Source: an uncultured Candidatus Saccharibacteria bacterium
Lineage (GTDB): Bacteria > Patescibacteriota > Minisyncoccia > Phycocordibacterales > UBA9973
DNA: 64,000 nt
Direction of reading: 5' to 3'
NCBI GenBank assembly: GCA_964625065.1
Contig: CAZUZL010000003.1
Span: forward strand, 1,730 to 65,729
Positions 51,734 to 61,671 of this stretch are shown in pieces (the stretch's first letter is position 1; every line of letters starts with the position of its first letter). Made by a program: the position numbers and the translations under genes. The notes beneath the pieces are model-generated. The model did no database searches and was not told the origin of the DNA. It was given only the letters and a program-made list of their open reading frames with translations.

Positions 51734-54700
51734 ATGAATATAAAAACAATGAAAGCACTTGTAGGTGTATCATTAGTTGCAACAACCCTTATCGGTTCTG
51801 TAGCTAGTGCTGCTATCACAAGTACACTTAAACTTGGTTCACGTGGAGCACAAGTTAAGGAACTTCAACAATTCCTAAACGCATGTTCATCTGACACTAA
51901 AGTGGCAGCAACAGGCGCAGGTTCAGCAGGTTACGAAACTACATACTTCGGACCAGCTACAAAGAGAGCTGTTATAGCTTTCCAAGCAAAAATGGGTATT
52001 AGTCAAGTTGGCCAAGTTGGCCCAGCTACACGTGCTGCTATCGCAGCAGGTTGTGGTACTAATAACAATAATAACAACAATAACAATCAATCAGGTCCTG
52101 TTACAGTAAGTTTGTCTTCTGACAATCCTGCTGCAGGTACAGTTATTACTGGTCAAGCAGCAGCTGATCTTGCACACTTTACCTTCACAGGTTCAGGTGT
52201 AGTTAACTCTGTTACTTTGACTCGTGGTGGTATCTCTAACTCAAGTACACTTTCAAACGTATACTTGTACGATGGTGCTACTCGTTTAACTGATGGTTAC
52301 ACATTCAGTACAAACAGTACTCTAACAATGAATAACCTTAACTTATCTGTTAGCGGCTCAAGAACAATCTCAGTGAAAGCTGATGTTTCTGTAGCTGACT
52401 ACAGTGTTTCAGTTGCGGTTACTTCATTGACTGTAGGTACTTCAGTAAGTAGTGTAAACGTAAAAGGCAATGACATGTACATTGCAATTGGTTCAGGTCT
52501 AGTTGGTACAGCTGCTCTTACAGTAGCTTCACCTTCACCTGCAGCTGCAACTATAAACGCTGGTTCTATGAACCAAAGTCTATGGTCAAACACATTAAGT
52601 ATCGGACTACACAGTTCAAAACTTAATGGTATGACTGTTAAGATGATCGGTTCAGCTCCTTCAAACACACTTACAAACGTAGGTTTGTTCGTAGACGGAA
52701 TCAAACTATCATCTGCTTCAATCAACGCTAACAATCAATTTGTTTTTGATCTTTCAGGTAATCCATTTGTTTTGACTACAGGATCACACTCAATCGAAGT
52801 TCGCGGAGATGTAGTTGCTGGTGCATACCGCAACTTCTACCTATCACTTGAAAAATCAGCTGATCTAGTGATCAAAGATGGACAAGTACAAGGTGGAAAT
52901 GTTGTTGGTCTAACTACAACTTACTCAAGTCTTCCAGTTTCAAATATGCTTGGCGGTTTGGTTACTATAAACAATGGTACACTAACTGTTAATCAAGACA
53001 CTTCGTTCAACAACTCAACTACTCTAGTTGGTGGTTCAACAGGTGCTAAGATGGCAGCATACAAGTTCACTGCATACGGTGAAGATGTAAAAGTTTCAAC
53101 TCTTACATTTACACCTTCATTGACTGGTGGTGCTACTGCAAGTGGTTCAACAACAAAACTTGCAAACGTAGGTTTGTACATAAATGGTGGACAAGTTGGT
53201 TCAAACCAAACTTCTACTCATGGTTCAGCACTTACATTTAGTAGTCTAGGTTCAAATCTTATAGTAACTGCTGGTTCTTCTGTAACCGTAGAAATACGTG
53301 GAGATGTAGTTAATGATACAAACATAAACTATACAGCTGGTACAATCAAGTTTGACCTTGCAGTTGGTTCAAATAACGCACAAGGTGTAACTTCAGGACA
53401 ATTGACATCAACAGCATCAGCTAGTGGTCAATCTCTAACAGTTTCATCAAGTAACGTTACTTTCGCTCAGACTTCAGGTTGGGCAGCATCTTCAATTGCT
53501 CCTAACAAAGCAGGTGTTAAAATCGGTACATACACTATCTCAACTGCTTCTGCAGAAGATATAACAGTAAATAACATTACTGTTGGTATAACTGGTACAA
53601 TGATAACTAACAATCAAATCACAAACATCACTTTGAAAGATGGTAGTACTGTTATAGGTACTCCTATTGGAAATCCAACAGCAACAAATAACTTCTCAGT
53701 TACTTTGCCTGTTTCTAAATCTTCAACAAAGACTATAGATGTTTATGCTGACATTGGTTCAAGTGCTGCTACATACACAGTGATTCCAGCAATGACAATC
53801 ACTTACCGTGGTAACACTTCAATGGTTACAACAACATCATCAGCTGTAACTGGTTCAACAATCACAGCTAACGTTGCAAGTATCATTGCAGGTGGAGTTA
53901 CATTTGTTCCTTCATCATCAATGGTTGCTCAATTCCTAGTTGGTGGTCAATCATCAGTACAAATCGGTACATTCAACATTAAGGCTAACACTCTAATCGG
54001 TGGTGCAGTAATTAAGGATGTTACAGTAACAGTACCTGCTAATACAATCGGTTCAGTAACAATGAACGGTGTAACAGCACAAGTTTCTACAACAACAGCT
54101 ACTCTTTACAATGTAAACATAGTAGTACCAGCAGATGCTTCAGGTATTAACGTACCTATGACAGTTTCTCTAGTTTGTGTAGGTGCTTCAGGTGGTGGAT
54201 GTGCAGGTGTTTCAAACTCAACTGCTACAGCTCAAATCACAACTGTAACTTACTTTGACGGTACAGCTGTTCAAACAATATCTCCTACAGCTATAACAGC
54301 TACTCATAAACTAGTTGCATCAAAACCAACTATCTCTATGACTGGTTCAAATGGTTCTGGATTTACTAATGGAAATATCCAAATTGGTACATTCACAATA
54401 GCTGCAGATGCAGCAGGTGACATCAAGCTTGAAGCTATTCCAGTAACAGTTTCAATCTCTGGTGCAGCTACAATCACAGCTGGTACAATCGAACTTCGCG
54501 ACTCAACAGGTAACACAGTTATCGTTGGTACAGGTGGAGTAAACGGTTCAGCTGGTCTAAGTGCTTCAGGAACATTCCTATTCAATACCGCATCACGCGT
54601 TATACAAAAAGGAACTTCAGAAACATTTACAGTTTGGGCAACATTTGCTTCAGTAGCAGGTGGTTCAAACACAATGAACGAAACATTTGGCCTAGGTGCT

Positions 54701-54802
54701 AAAGCTTCATTCTTGTGGACAGACACTATTGGTGCTGTAACAGGTATCACAGGTGCTCAATTGAACACATACCCTTCATCAACTCAAACAAAGTCTAACT
54801 AA
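51734..54802 (+). CDS. Large secreted S-layer-like protein with N-terminal peptidoglycan-binding domain
   Basis: Signal peptide, LKLGSRG.QVKELQQFLN..YFGPATK.AV.AFQ, Ser/Thr/Gly-rich beta repeats, poly-Asn linker. Confidence 0.85.
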   Translation: MNIKTMKALVGVSLVATTLIGSVASAAITSTLKLGSRGAQVKELQQFLNACSSDTKVAATGAGSAGYETTYFGPATKRAVIAFQAKMGISQVGQVGPATRAAIAAGCGTNNNNNNNNNQSGPVTVSLSSDNPAAGTVITGQAAADLAHFTFTGSGVVNSVTLTRGGISNSSTLSNVYLYDGATRLTDGYTFSTNSTLTMNNLNLSVSGSRTISVKADVSVADYSVSVAVTSLTVGTSVSSVNVKGNDMYIAIGSGLVGTAALTVASPSPAAATINAGSMNQSLWSNTLSIGLHSSKLNGMTVKMIGSAPSNTLTNVGLFVDGIKLSSASINANNQFVFDLSGNPFVLTTGSHSIEVRGDVVAGAYRNFYLSLEKSADLVIKDGQVQGGNVVGLTTTYSSLPVSNMLGGLVTINNGTLTVNQDTSFNNSTTLVGGSTGAKMAAYKFTAYGEDVKVSTLTFTPSLTGGATASGSTTKLANVGLYINGGQVGSNQTSTHGSALTFSSLGSNLIVTAGSSVTVEIRGDVVNDTNINYTAGTIKFDLAVGSNNAQGVTSGQLTSTASASGQSLTVSSSNVTFAQTSGWAASSIAPNKAGVKIGTYTISTASAEDITVNNITVGITGTMITNNQITNITLKDGSTVIGTPIGNPTATNNFSVTLPVSKSSTKTIDVYADIGSSAATYTVIPAMTITYRGNTSMVTTTSSAVTGSTITANVASIIAGGVTFVPSSSMVAQFLVGGQSSVQIGTFNIKANTLIGGAVIKDVTVTVPANTIGSVTMNGVTAQVSTTTATLYNVNIVVPADASGINVPMTVSLVCVGASGGGCAGVSNSTATAQITTVTYFDGTAVQTISPTAITATHKLVASKPTISMTGSNGSGFTNGNIQIGTFTIAADAAGDIKLEAIPVTVSISGAATITAGTIELRDSTGNTVIVGTGGVNGSAGLSASGTFLFNTASRVIQKGTSETFTVWATFASVAGGSNTMNETFGLGAKASFLWTDTIGAVTGITGAQLNTYPSSTQTKSN

Positions 54803-54930
54803 CCTTAGATATTTACTGAGCGCTGACGGAAAGTTTATCGAAACTTAAAATCGACTCGGTACTGATCACCTTAATGGAGATCGCTATCGGCAAAAAACCA
54901 CCCTTCGGGGTGGTTTTTTGTATTCCTATT

Positions 54931-54964
54931 TTTACAGGGGCTGAGTCCCTGATTTATCCACAGG
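54931..54964 (-). repeat. DnaA-box-linked hairpin repeat (family B)
   Basis: CAGGGGCTGAGTCCCTG-AT-TTATCCACA; inverted partner at 55582-55615. Confidence 0.8.
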
Positions 54965-55065
54965 TGATTGCCCCAGCAATTGTGTCGCGTAATGTCGATT
55001 GAAACGCGACCCACATGTTTTATCAAAACAGGTGCAAAATTTATAGTTTGTGCTATACTGCCAAA

Positions 55066-55578
55066 ATGGAAAAAATAAAAAATATTATACAGACCAATAA
55101 GAAAAATATCCTTATTGCTATTGGTTTTATCGTTGTTATCATTATATGTGTTATTGCTTTTAGTAAACATAAACCACGTCCGGTTGCACCTGTTGCACCA
55201 GTAACCACTGACGAAACAGTGTTAGATGGTAACACTCCAGAAACTAATGTAAAACCTGTTAAAAAGGCTACTGCAGGTGTTTCTGCTGTATCTATATCAT
55301 ACGAACAAGCTTTGGTTACATATAAAGACTCTCGCATACAGCTTGGTTCTACAGATGCTTGTGCTGCAACACCACGAACTTCAACCTTTAAAAACGGCAC
55401 TACTATAATGGTAGACAATCGCGGTCCAGTAGTACGTACAGTAAAAGTAGGAAGTACATACACTATAAATGCATACGACTTTAAACTTATAACACTTTCA
55501 AGTACAAACCTACCTGAAACTGTATATGTAGACTGTAACAACCAACAAAACGTAGCTACAATACTTATTCAGAAATAA
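55066..55578 (+). CDS. Membrane-anchored hypothetical protein
   Basis: N-terminal TM, two Cys, ATG 6 nt after TATACT. Confidence 0.75.
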   Translation: MEKIKNIIQTNKKNILIAIGFIVVIIICVIAFSKHKPRPVAPVAPVTTDETVLDGNTPETNVKPVKKATAGVSAVSISYEQALVTYKDSRIQLGSTDACAATPRTSTFKNGTTIMVDNRGPVVRTVKVGSTYTINAYDFKLITLSSTNLPETVYVDCNNQQNVATILIQK

Positions 55579-55581
55579 CAT

Positions 55582-55615
55582 CTGTGGATAACTTAGGGGT
55601 CCAACCCCTGTAAAA
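55582..55615 (+). repeat. DnaA-box-linked hairpin repeat (family B)
   Basis: TGTGGATAA-CTT-AGGGGTCCAACCCCT-GTAAAA. Confidence 0.8.
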
Positions 55616-55741
55616 TATAAAAATCCTTATACATTAAGGGTTTTTATATTTTGTATTTCTCATACACTCATAAAATCTGTGGATAACTAGGCGATTCTGC
55701 ATAATTATAATTATTAGACAATACTGTGTTATAATAAATAT

Positions 55742-55909
55742 ATGAAATTTAAAGCCAGTGCACTAGCTAAAATAATCGGTTTCTCGGCTATTATCGGCGT
55801 GGCTCTTGTTACTTTGTATTATATATCAGAACAGCGAGGCGGAACCTTGGCCACACTATTCGACGCACCCACCGAAACCGCTTCTGGCAATACATCTACT
55901 AAAAAATAA
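55742..55909 (+). CDS. 55-aa single-TM protein (not in ORF track)
   Basis: MKFKASALAKIIGFSAIIGVALVTLYYISEQ..; ATG 6 nt after TATAAT. Confidence 0.65.
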   Translation: MKFKASALAKIIGFSAIIGVALVTLYYISEQRGGTLATLFDAPTETASGNTSTKK

Positions 55910-55915
55910 CCAACC

Positions 55916-55944
55916 TGTGGATAACCCAGGTGTTCGACACCCGG
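55916..55944 (+). repeat. DnaA-box-linked REP hairpin (family B)
   Basis: TGTGGATAA-CCCAGGTGTTCGACACCCGG. Confidence 0.88.
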
Positions 55945-56158
55945 AAAATTATTTGAGAAAAAGCAGTGAAAATTTACAATAGAATTTCCAAGGAGAGGGT
56001 AATTTATCGACAAAATATTCGCGAGTGTTATCCACAAGATAATTTTAATCAGGTTGCATCTTTTGCCCCATTTTTATATACTGAAAGAGTAGTCGATTGG
56101 CACATTTTTGGTATCTACTATATATTGACATAATCGATTAATAGTGTATACTAGTGAT

Positions 56159-56246
56159 GTGCTTGTGGGCGAAAGCCTTGTTCGGACAAGAGATCTCTAA
56201 GCCGAAGCCAAGCACAATAAAGAATGCCCCTCACGGGGTATTTTTT
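56159..56246 (+). ncRNA. Putative structured small RNA convergent with the nuclease-like gene
   Basis: TTGACA-16-TATACT promoter (56125-56152), GTGCTTG/CAAGCAC-closed multi-stem, terminator, no ORF. Confidence 0.55.
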
Positions 56247-56679
56247 ATTTTCTGAGTCTCATTACACTCCAGAATATGATATTTCCAGCGCCAGTTTTTT
56301 TTAATACTACTTTAACTTTGACATCATTATTCCTTCCTACTGTAGCGACAACTGTCCAATATTCCACTTCTTTTTTTGGTCTTTTACTATTGCGTCCAAT
56401 TGGCTCAATCTTTTTCTCATATTCAAATATTGAAGTACATTGCTTTAGCACGGGTATAACTAATGGAAAAAGCTTTATTTTATGTAGAATGTCCGCAACT
56501 GTTCTTGCTTCGCCTCCACCATGATATTTGAAGTGATGGAATCCCTGAGCATTAAAAAATACGTCAGCATTAAGACAAGGACAATAAACCTTACCGATAC
56601 AATCGTATAGAGTACGACATTGATCCAAAGTCTTCTTGCAATGATTTCTCATTTGTTCAGGGGTAAATTTTTGATTCAT
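56245..56679 (-). CDS. Putative BECR-fold (barnase/RelE-like) nuclease
   Basis: VYCPCLNADVFFNAQGFHHFKY..R..VKVVLKK..G.IIFWSV; fold assignment from recall only. Confidence 0.6.
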   Translation of the reverse strand: MNQKFTPEQMRNHCKKTLDQCRTLYDCIGKVYCPCLNADVFFNAQGFHHFKYHGGGEARTVADILHKIKLFPLVIPVLKQCTSIFEYEKKIEPIGRNSKRPKKEVEYWTVVATVGRNNDVKVKVVLKKTGAGNIIFWSVMRLRK

Positions 56680-56754
56680 ATATAATCTAACTTTACCACC
56701 ACTTAATAAAAAGTCCACCTTTAATAGTGCAGCGGGGTGGTACTTTAGCAACAT

Positions 56755-56783
56755 TGTGGATAACCCAGGTGTTCGACACCTGG
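56755..56783 (+). repeat. DnaA-box-linked REP hairpin, left of RAYT
   Basis: TGTGGATAA-CCCAGGTGTTCGACACCTGG. Confidence 0.9.
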
Positions 56784-56814
56784 AAAAATAAAGATAAAGA
56801 TTTATAATTAAAAT

Positions 56815-57486
56815 ATGAGAAAACATCCATTGGTAACGGGCGAGGTCTATCATATCTATAATAGGGGCGTAGATAAAAGAGATGTCTTTATGAGTAAAGA
56901 TGATCTTGAACGTTTTGTATTGAGTGTGAAAGAGTTCAATAGAATAAAACCAACAGGAAGTATTCGCGATAAGTATGTGTATAACCCAGGTGCTGAACAC
57001 CTGGGAATAGCGGGAGATGACAATAATCCTCTGGTTTCAATTGTTTGCTATAGTTTTTTACCAAATCATTTTCATTTTATTGTAAAACAGGAAGTTGACG
57101 GTGGTGTATCTGAATTTTTTAAACGTTTATTGGGTGGGTATACTAACTATTTTAATAAAATTTATGAGCGAAGCGGGGTTCTATTTCAAGGACCATTTAA
57201 ATCCCATGTTATTGATAGTGATCAATATTTAATAAAAATACGCCCATATGGAAATATGAATGACCTAGTTCATGATATACCTGAAGATAAAAGGCACTTG
57301 GTTAAAACCAGTAGTGCAGAATATGACTCAATGAATTTTGATATAGTTTCCAAAAAAGAAGCTGAAGAATTATTAAGATTTTACAACGGTAATGAGAATT
57401 TTAAAAAAGAGTGTCTTGAAATTATAAATATAATACGTGAAGAAAGAGGGAGGACTACTTTATCAGCGGAAGATTTATTGCCATAG
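56815..57486 (+). mobile_element. REP-associated tyrosine transposase (RAYT, HUH Y1)
   Basis: YHIYNRGVDK, FLPNHFHF (HUH), YFNKIYERSGVLFQGPFK; flanked by inverted REPs. Confidence 0.9.
56976..57005 (+). repeat. REP copy inside the RAYT coding sequence
   Basis: TGTGTATAA-CCCAGGTGCTGAACACCTGGG, frame kept. Confidence 0.85.
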
Positions 57487-57493
57487 TCAATTT

Positions 57494-57525
57494 CCCAGGT
57501 GCTGAACACCTGGGTTATCCACAGG
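57494..57525 (-). repeat. DnaA-box-linked REP hairpin, right of RAYT
   Basis: CCCAGGTGCTGAACACCTGGG-TTATCCACA-GG. Confidence 0.9.
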
Positions 57526-57598
57526 TGGGGTGGAGTATTATGGACATGTTGCTAAATTAATTAGATAATATTTTTATAATAGAATAAATATATTAAAT

Positions 57599-60500
57599 AT
57601 GCGTATATGTAAAGGTATCGCTTTGTCTTTCTGTATCGTTTTGTTTGTTTTTCCATTTATTTCTTTTGCCTCAGGGGAGGTTAGTCTAACTACTTTTTCA
57701 GGTGGAACTGATATTCCAGCCGATACAGCAGGTGTCGGCGGTAGTGGTGTATATACTAAGCTTACCGATTTTTCTATTGCAGAAGGCGGTGTGGGTAATA
57801 TAAAGTCTGGCACTGTTACCATAACTGCACCAACAGGTTTTGAGTTTGATACAACAAACCCTGCTACAGTTACTGTAACTAGCAGTACTGGTAATTCTGC
57901 CACAAATATAAACCATTTAAATTCTGGTGATTTTATACCTTCTGTTACAACTGCAAATTCAATTTATTTTACAATAACTTCACAGAGCACATCTGCCAGG
58001 AATACTTTAACATGGGGTTCTGTTTGGGTTCGACCCGTTGCTATTGCTTCGATTACAAATTCAGACATTATGCTGTCTAGTACTGACAGTATAGTCGGGC
58101 TAGCTTTACCCATGTCTGTAGGAGTGGTGTCTGAGTTATATATACCGCCAACAATTTCAAGTATAAATATAACTACACCCGCTACTAAGTTGGTCTATAA
58201 AGTGGGTGATACGTTGGACATAACAGGGCTAGTTGTAACAGGTACATATAGTGATGGCAGTACTAAGACTGAAAACATAACACAGACAAACATAACAGGG
58301 TTTGACAGTAGTTTACCTGTCAAAGGCCAGATTGTTACTATAGATGTTAGTGGTAAAACTACAACATACTCTGTAGATATAGAAACCCCCGCACCTATAG
58401 TAACTAATATAAAGGATATAAATATAATTTCAGATGTTGTCTGGAAAAAGGAAAACAGCCCATATATTATAGGGCGAAATGTCTCAGTATCTGGTAATGG
58501 AAAATTAACAATTGAAGCTGGTACTACAGTGGTTTTTAATTCTGAAATTAAAGTAAATGGAGGAAAAGTATATGTAAATGGAACAAAGGCCAACCCTGTT
58601 AATATTTCTGGAACCCAGGTGCCGTATACTAGTAGTGTTGGGTTTAATGTTACAAATGAAGGTGAGCTATATACAGAATGGATGAGTTGTAAAACTTTTC
58701 ATATTTGCGTTTTATTGTTACGTGGTGGAAAAATATATATAAACCATTCTGATTTTTCTGATATGAATAACGGAATTGCTTATGGTGAATATGGTGTTTT
58801 GGATGTACAAAATACATATTTCAGAAATGGAAGATTCGGAATAAGCGGTAACTTTGGTACGAGCGGGAACCCGTTCGAGAAATTTACAGGAAATAGTGCT
58901 TTTATACATGCCACATATAACTATTTTGACGGTATGTACCAGGGTGGATACTTCCAATATTCAACCAAACAAGGTTTAGTTAATGTAAATTTTAAAGTTG
59001 AAAACAATACATTTAAAACTAATAACACAGTTGGCGCTGTCTTCGGTGGCAACAGTATAGTTGGTGACTATACTGTAGGTGCAAACTACTATGGCGACCC
59101 AAGTGGACCACATTCAGACGCGAACCCAACAAGCAAAGGCGCACAAATATATTATGGAACTAAGACTATTATAAGCCCGTGGTTAACCACGGAAGTTTTT
59201 CCTGGTGATGGTGACGTAGTTATAAAACCAGTACTACCCGAATGTTGTTCGAGTGTGATGTTTTTCCCTGGTATAGAGGGTAGTAGGTTGTACATGAAAA
59301 ACAGCCTGGGTATAGAAGACCAGTTGTGGGAACCAAATACAGCTAGTGATGTGGCCGATTTATATGCGAATACAGATGGAAATAGTATAAATGATGTTTA
59401 TACGAGGGATATAATAAAGGAAACGAATTTGGTTGGAAATGCCCCTTTTTTGAGAAGACAAATTTACAAAGCATTTTCTGATGATTTAGATAATTTAGTA
59501 AATACAGATAAAATACATGAATGGCAACCCGTACCATACGACTGGCGTATGAGCGTAGACGATATTGTAGATGGCGGGGTAGTTTTAGAAAATGAAACAA
59601 AAAATATTATTACTGAACTAGAACGTATGGTCCATGATTCTGACACTGGTAAAGTTAGTTTGGTAGGGCATTCAAACGGAGGTTTATTGATAAAATATTT
59701 AGTAAAGAAATTAGAAGATAAAGGTGAGGCAGATTTGTTAGACAATGTCGTTTTAGTTGGGTCGCCGGAACTAGGCACACCACAGGGTTTGGTTGCACTA
59801 CTACATGGTTTAGATTTTGATGGGTTGTTTGGTGTTTTGGCACCACGGAAATATAACAGAGAGTTGGCATTAAATATACCAGGGGCGTATTCACTGATTC
59901 CTTCAAGTAAGTCATTTAAAAATAATACTACGCCAATAATTAGTTTCGATAATTCTATTGGTGATTTTGCTGGTATTATTAATGGTTACGGTAATAGTAT
60001 AGACACGTATAAAGAATTAAAAGATTTCATACTTTCAACCAGTGATGATAGAACTATTCCAGATTTTGATAATATTAACATACCGGCTATGGGTAATGAG
60101 TCTTTGTATAATAAGGCTGAGAATTTACATAGTATAATAGATAACTATACTATACCTAGCTTTATAAAAATATATGAAATTTCAGGAACTGGGTTGCCTA
60201 CAGTTTCTGGTATTAAATATTCTAGAAATACACATTGCCTGCTTGATGTATGTACTGATAGACAGTTTCTAGTTCCAGAAATTACTACAACTGTAGACGG
60301 AGATAAAGTTGTATTAAACTCATCTAGTGCTGTACTGCCTGGTACTAGATATTATGTCGACATGAATTCTTATAATAAAGACAATAATGTAAACTTTGAC
60401 CATGCATATATGCTGCAGAACAACAGTATAAAAAAATTAGTTGAAAACATTGTTACAGGTGTGGATGAACCAATACCCTATGTTATCGAAAAAAATTCTT

Positions 60501-61246
60501 TACCCACAATTAAAACAAAACATATTTCCATGCATTCGCCCGTGAATATAGATGTATACGACCAACAGGGTAGACATACCGGCCCGTGTGTAGACCCTGA
60601 CTATCCAGATATGGACTGTGTAGAACAGGAAATACCAAATTCTTCGTATATGGCATTAGGGGAAGACAAGTATATAACAATACCAAATGAAGGCACCTAT
60701 ACATTAAAATTAGACGGTTATGACACAGGTACATTTACCTTAAATATAGATAACTACGAAAATGACAATAAAACTGACAGTGTTGAGTTTAAAGATGTGC
60801 CCATAACCACAGACACCAGTAGCACGGTCGATCTAACAACACTGCCCCAGGAAATATTGTTAGATAACAATAATGACAATGAACCGGATTTAAAGATAAA
60901 TAGTAATAGTGAGGTTATAGATTTGCATCCGAAAAAAGAAAATACTGAGATAGTTGTGGTCAAGCCTATAGTACAAGGTGGCAAACCCATTTTAGATACT
61001 GAAAAAGTAAAAACTACAGATATGCAGCAAAATGTAAACAAAACTGTAGCGGTACGAACTAGAAGCAAAAATGTTATAATAAAAAAGCCAGTTCAGTTTG
61101 TAAATAAACAAATTAATACAAATACCAATACTGTAGCCGCGCCTACAGATAGTATTGAGACAAATATAATGCCTATGTCAGCCAATGTAGGTGATAGTGT
61201 AAATTTTGATTTGTGGAAATTTATTAAAAGATTATTTAATTATTAA
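57599..61246 (+). CDS. Large secreted multidomain protein with LCAT/lipase-like alpha/beta hydrolase domain
   Basis: Signal peptide, Ig-like region, FFPGIEGS, PYDWR, VGHSNGG (GxSxG), GSPELGTP. Confidence 0.85.
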   Translation: MRICKGIALSFCIVLFVFPFISFASGEVSLTTFSGGTDIPADTAGVGGSGVYTKLTDFSIAEGGVGNIKSGTVTITAPTGFEFDTTNPATVTVTSSTGNSATNINHLNSGDFIPSVTTANSIYFTITSQSTSARNTLTWGSVWVRPVAIASITNSDIMLSSTDSIVGLALPMSVGVVSELYIPPTISSINITTPATKLVYKVGDTLDITGLVVTGTYSDGSTKTENITQTNITGFDSSLPVKGQIVTIDVSGKTTTYSVDIETPAPIVTNIKDINIISDVVWKKENSPYIIGRNVSVSGNGKLTIEAGTTVVFNSEIKVNGGKVYVNGTKANPVNISGTQVPYTSSVGFNVTNEGELYTEWMSCKTFHICVLLLRGGKIYINHSDFSDMNNGIAYGEYGVLDVQNTYFRNGRFGISGNFGTSGNPFEKFTGNSAFIHATYNYFDGMYQGGYFQYSTKQGLVNVNFKVENNTFKTNNTVGAVFGGNSIVGDYTVGANYYGDPSGPHSDANPTSKGAQIYYGTKTIISPWLTTEVFPGDGDVVIKPVLPECCSSVMFFPGIEGSRLYMKNSLGIEDQLWEPNTASDVADLYANTDGNSINDVYTRDIIKETNLVGNAPFLRRQIYKAFSDDLDNLVNTDKIHEWQPVPYDWRMSVDDIVDGGVVLENETKNIITELERMVHDSDTGKVSLVGHSNGGLLIKYLVKKLEDKGEADLLDNVVLVGSPELGTPQGLVALLHGLDFDGLFGVLAPRKYNRELALNIPGAYSLIPSSKSFKNNTTPIISFDNSIGDFAGIINGYGNSIDTYKELKDFILSTSDDRTIPDFDNINIPAMGNESLYNKAENLHSIIDNYTIPSFIKIYEISGTGLPTVSGIKYSRNTHCLLDVCTDRQFLVPEITTTVDGDKVVLNSSSAVLPGTRYYVDMNSYNKDNNVNFDHAYMLQNNSIKKLVENIVTGVDEPIPYVIEKNSLPTIKTKHISMHSPVNIDVYDQQGRHTGPCVDPDYPDMDCVEQEIPNSSYMALGEDKYITIPNEGTYTLKLDGYDTGTFTLNIDNYENDNKTDSVEFKDVPITTDTSSTVDLTTLPQEILLDNNNDNEPDLKINSNSEVIDLHPKKENTEIVVVKPIVQGGKPILDTEKVKTTDMQQNVNKTVAVRTRSKNVIIKKPVQFVNKQINTNTNTVAAPTDSIETNIMPMSANVGDSVNFDLWKFIKRLFNY

Positions 61247-61247
61247 A

Positions 61248-61628
61248 ATGAAAAATATTTATTTAAAAATCATAGCCGCAGTTATATCCCTAGGATTGTT
61301 TTATTTTGTTGATAAATTGATTTTTTCCGATATATATTCACTTCAATTTTTTGGAATTTTTGTGGTTTTGCCCATAATTCTCTTTAGAGAAAAGATCTTT
61401 AAAGCATGGATTATTGGATATCTTTTATATGTAATATCAAATATTTATATTAAGTTTGTTCCGCCAACCTCAAGTAATTCATGTTGGAGTTTCTGTGGAG
61501 GAGAAAGTAGAGACGAAACATTTTTCATGGTTTATTTTGGCTTGCTGTTTATTTTAGGACTTCTACAGCTGCGAGTTTTTGTCCAAAGGAAAATAGTTGA
61601 AAAAGAATTGAAATCTCAAATTAAATAG
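61248..61628 (+). CDS. Small multi-TM membrane protein
   Basis: About 4 hydrophobic segments; starts 1 nt after the upstream stop. Confidence 0.7.
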   Translation: MKNIYLKIIAAVISLGLFYFVDKLIFSDIYSLQFFGIFVVLPIILFREKIFKAWIIGYLLYVISNIYIKFVPPTSSNSCWSFCGGESRDETFFMVYFGLLFILGLLQLRVFVQRKIVEKELKSQIK

Positions 61629-61671
61629 AACCCATATAAAAACACCTTGCAAAATAAGGTGTTTTTATATG

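Noticed and set aside
52061-52087. AAC/AAT run as a DGR template
   Set aside because: In-frame poly-Asn linker with no partner repeat
55580-56240. Firm oriC call
   Set aside because: No dnaA/dnaN in the window, gene orientation does not switch, and most boxes belong to hairpin repeats; kept only as an alternative
56680-57000. N-terminal extension of ORF 56245-57000
   Set aside because: Overlaps the RAYT antisense and the REP; the ATG at 56679 is more plausible
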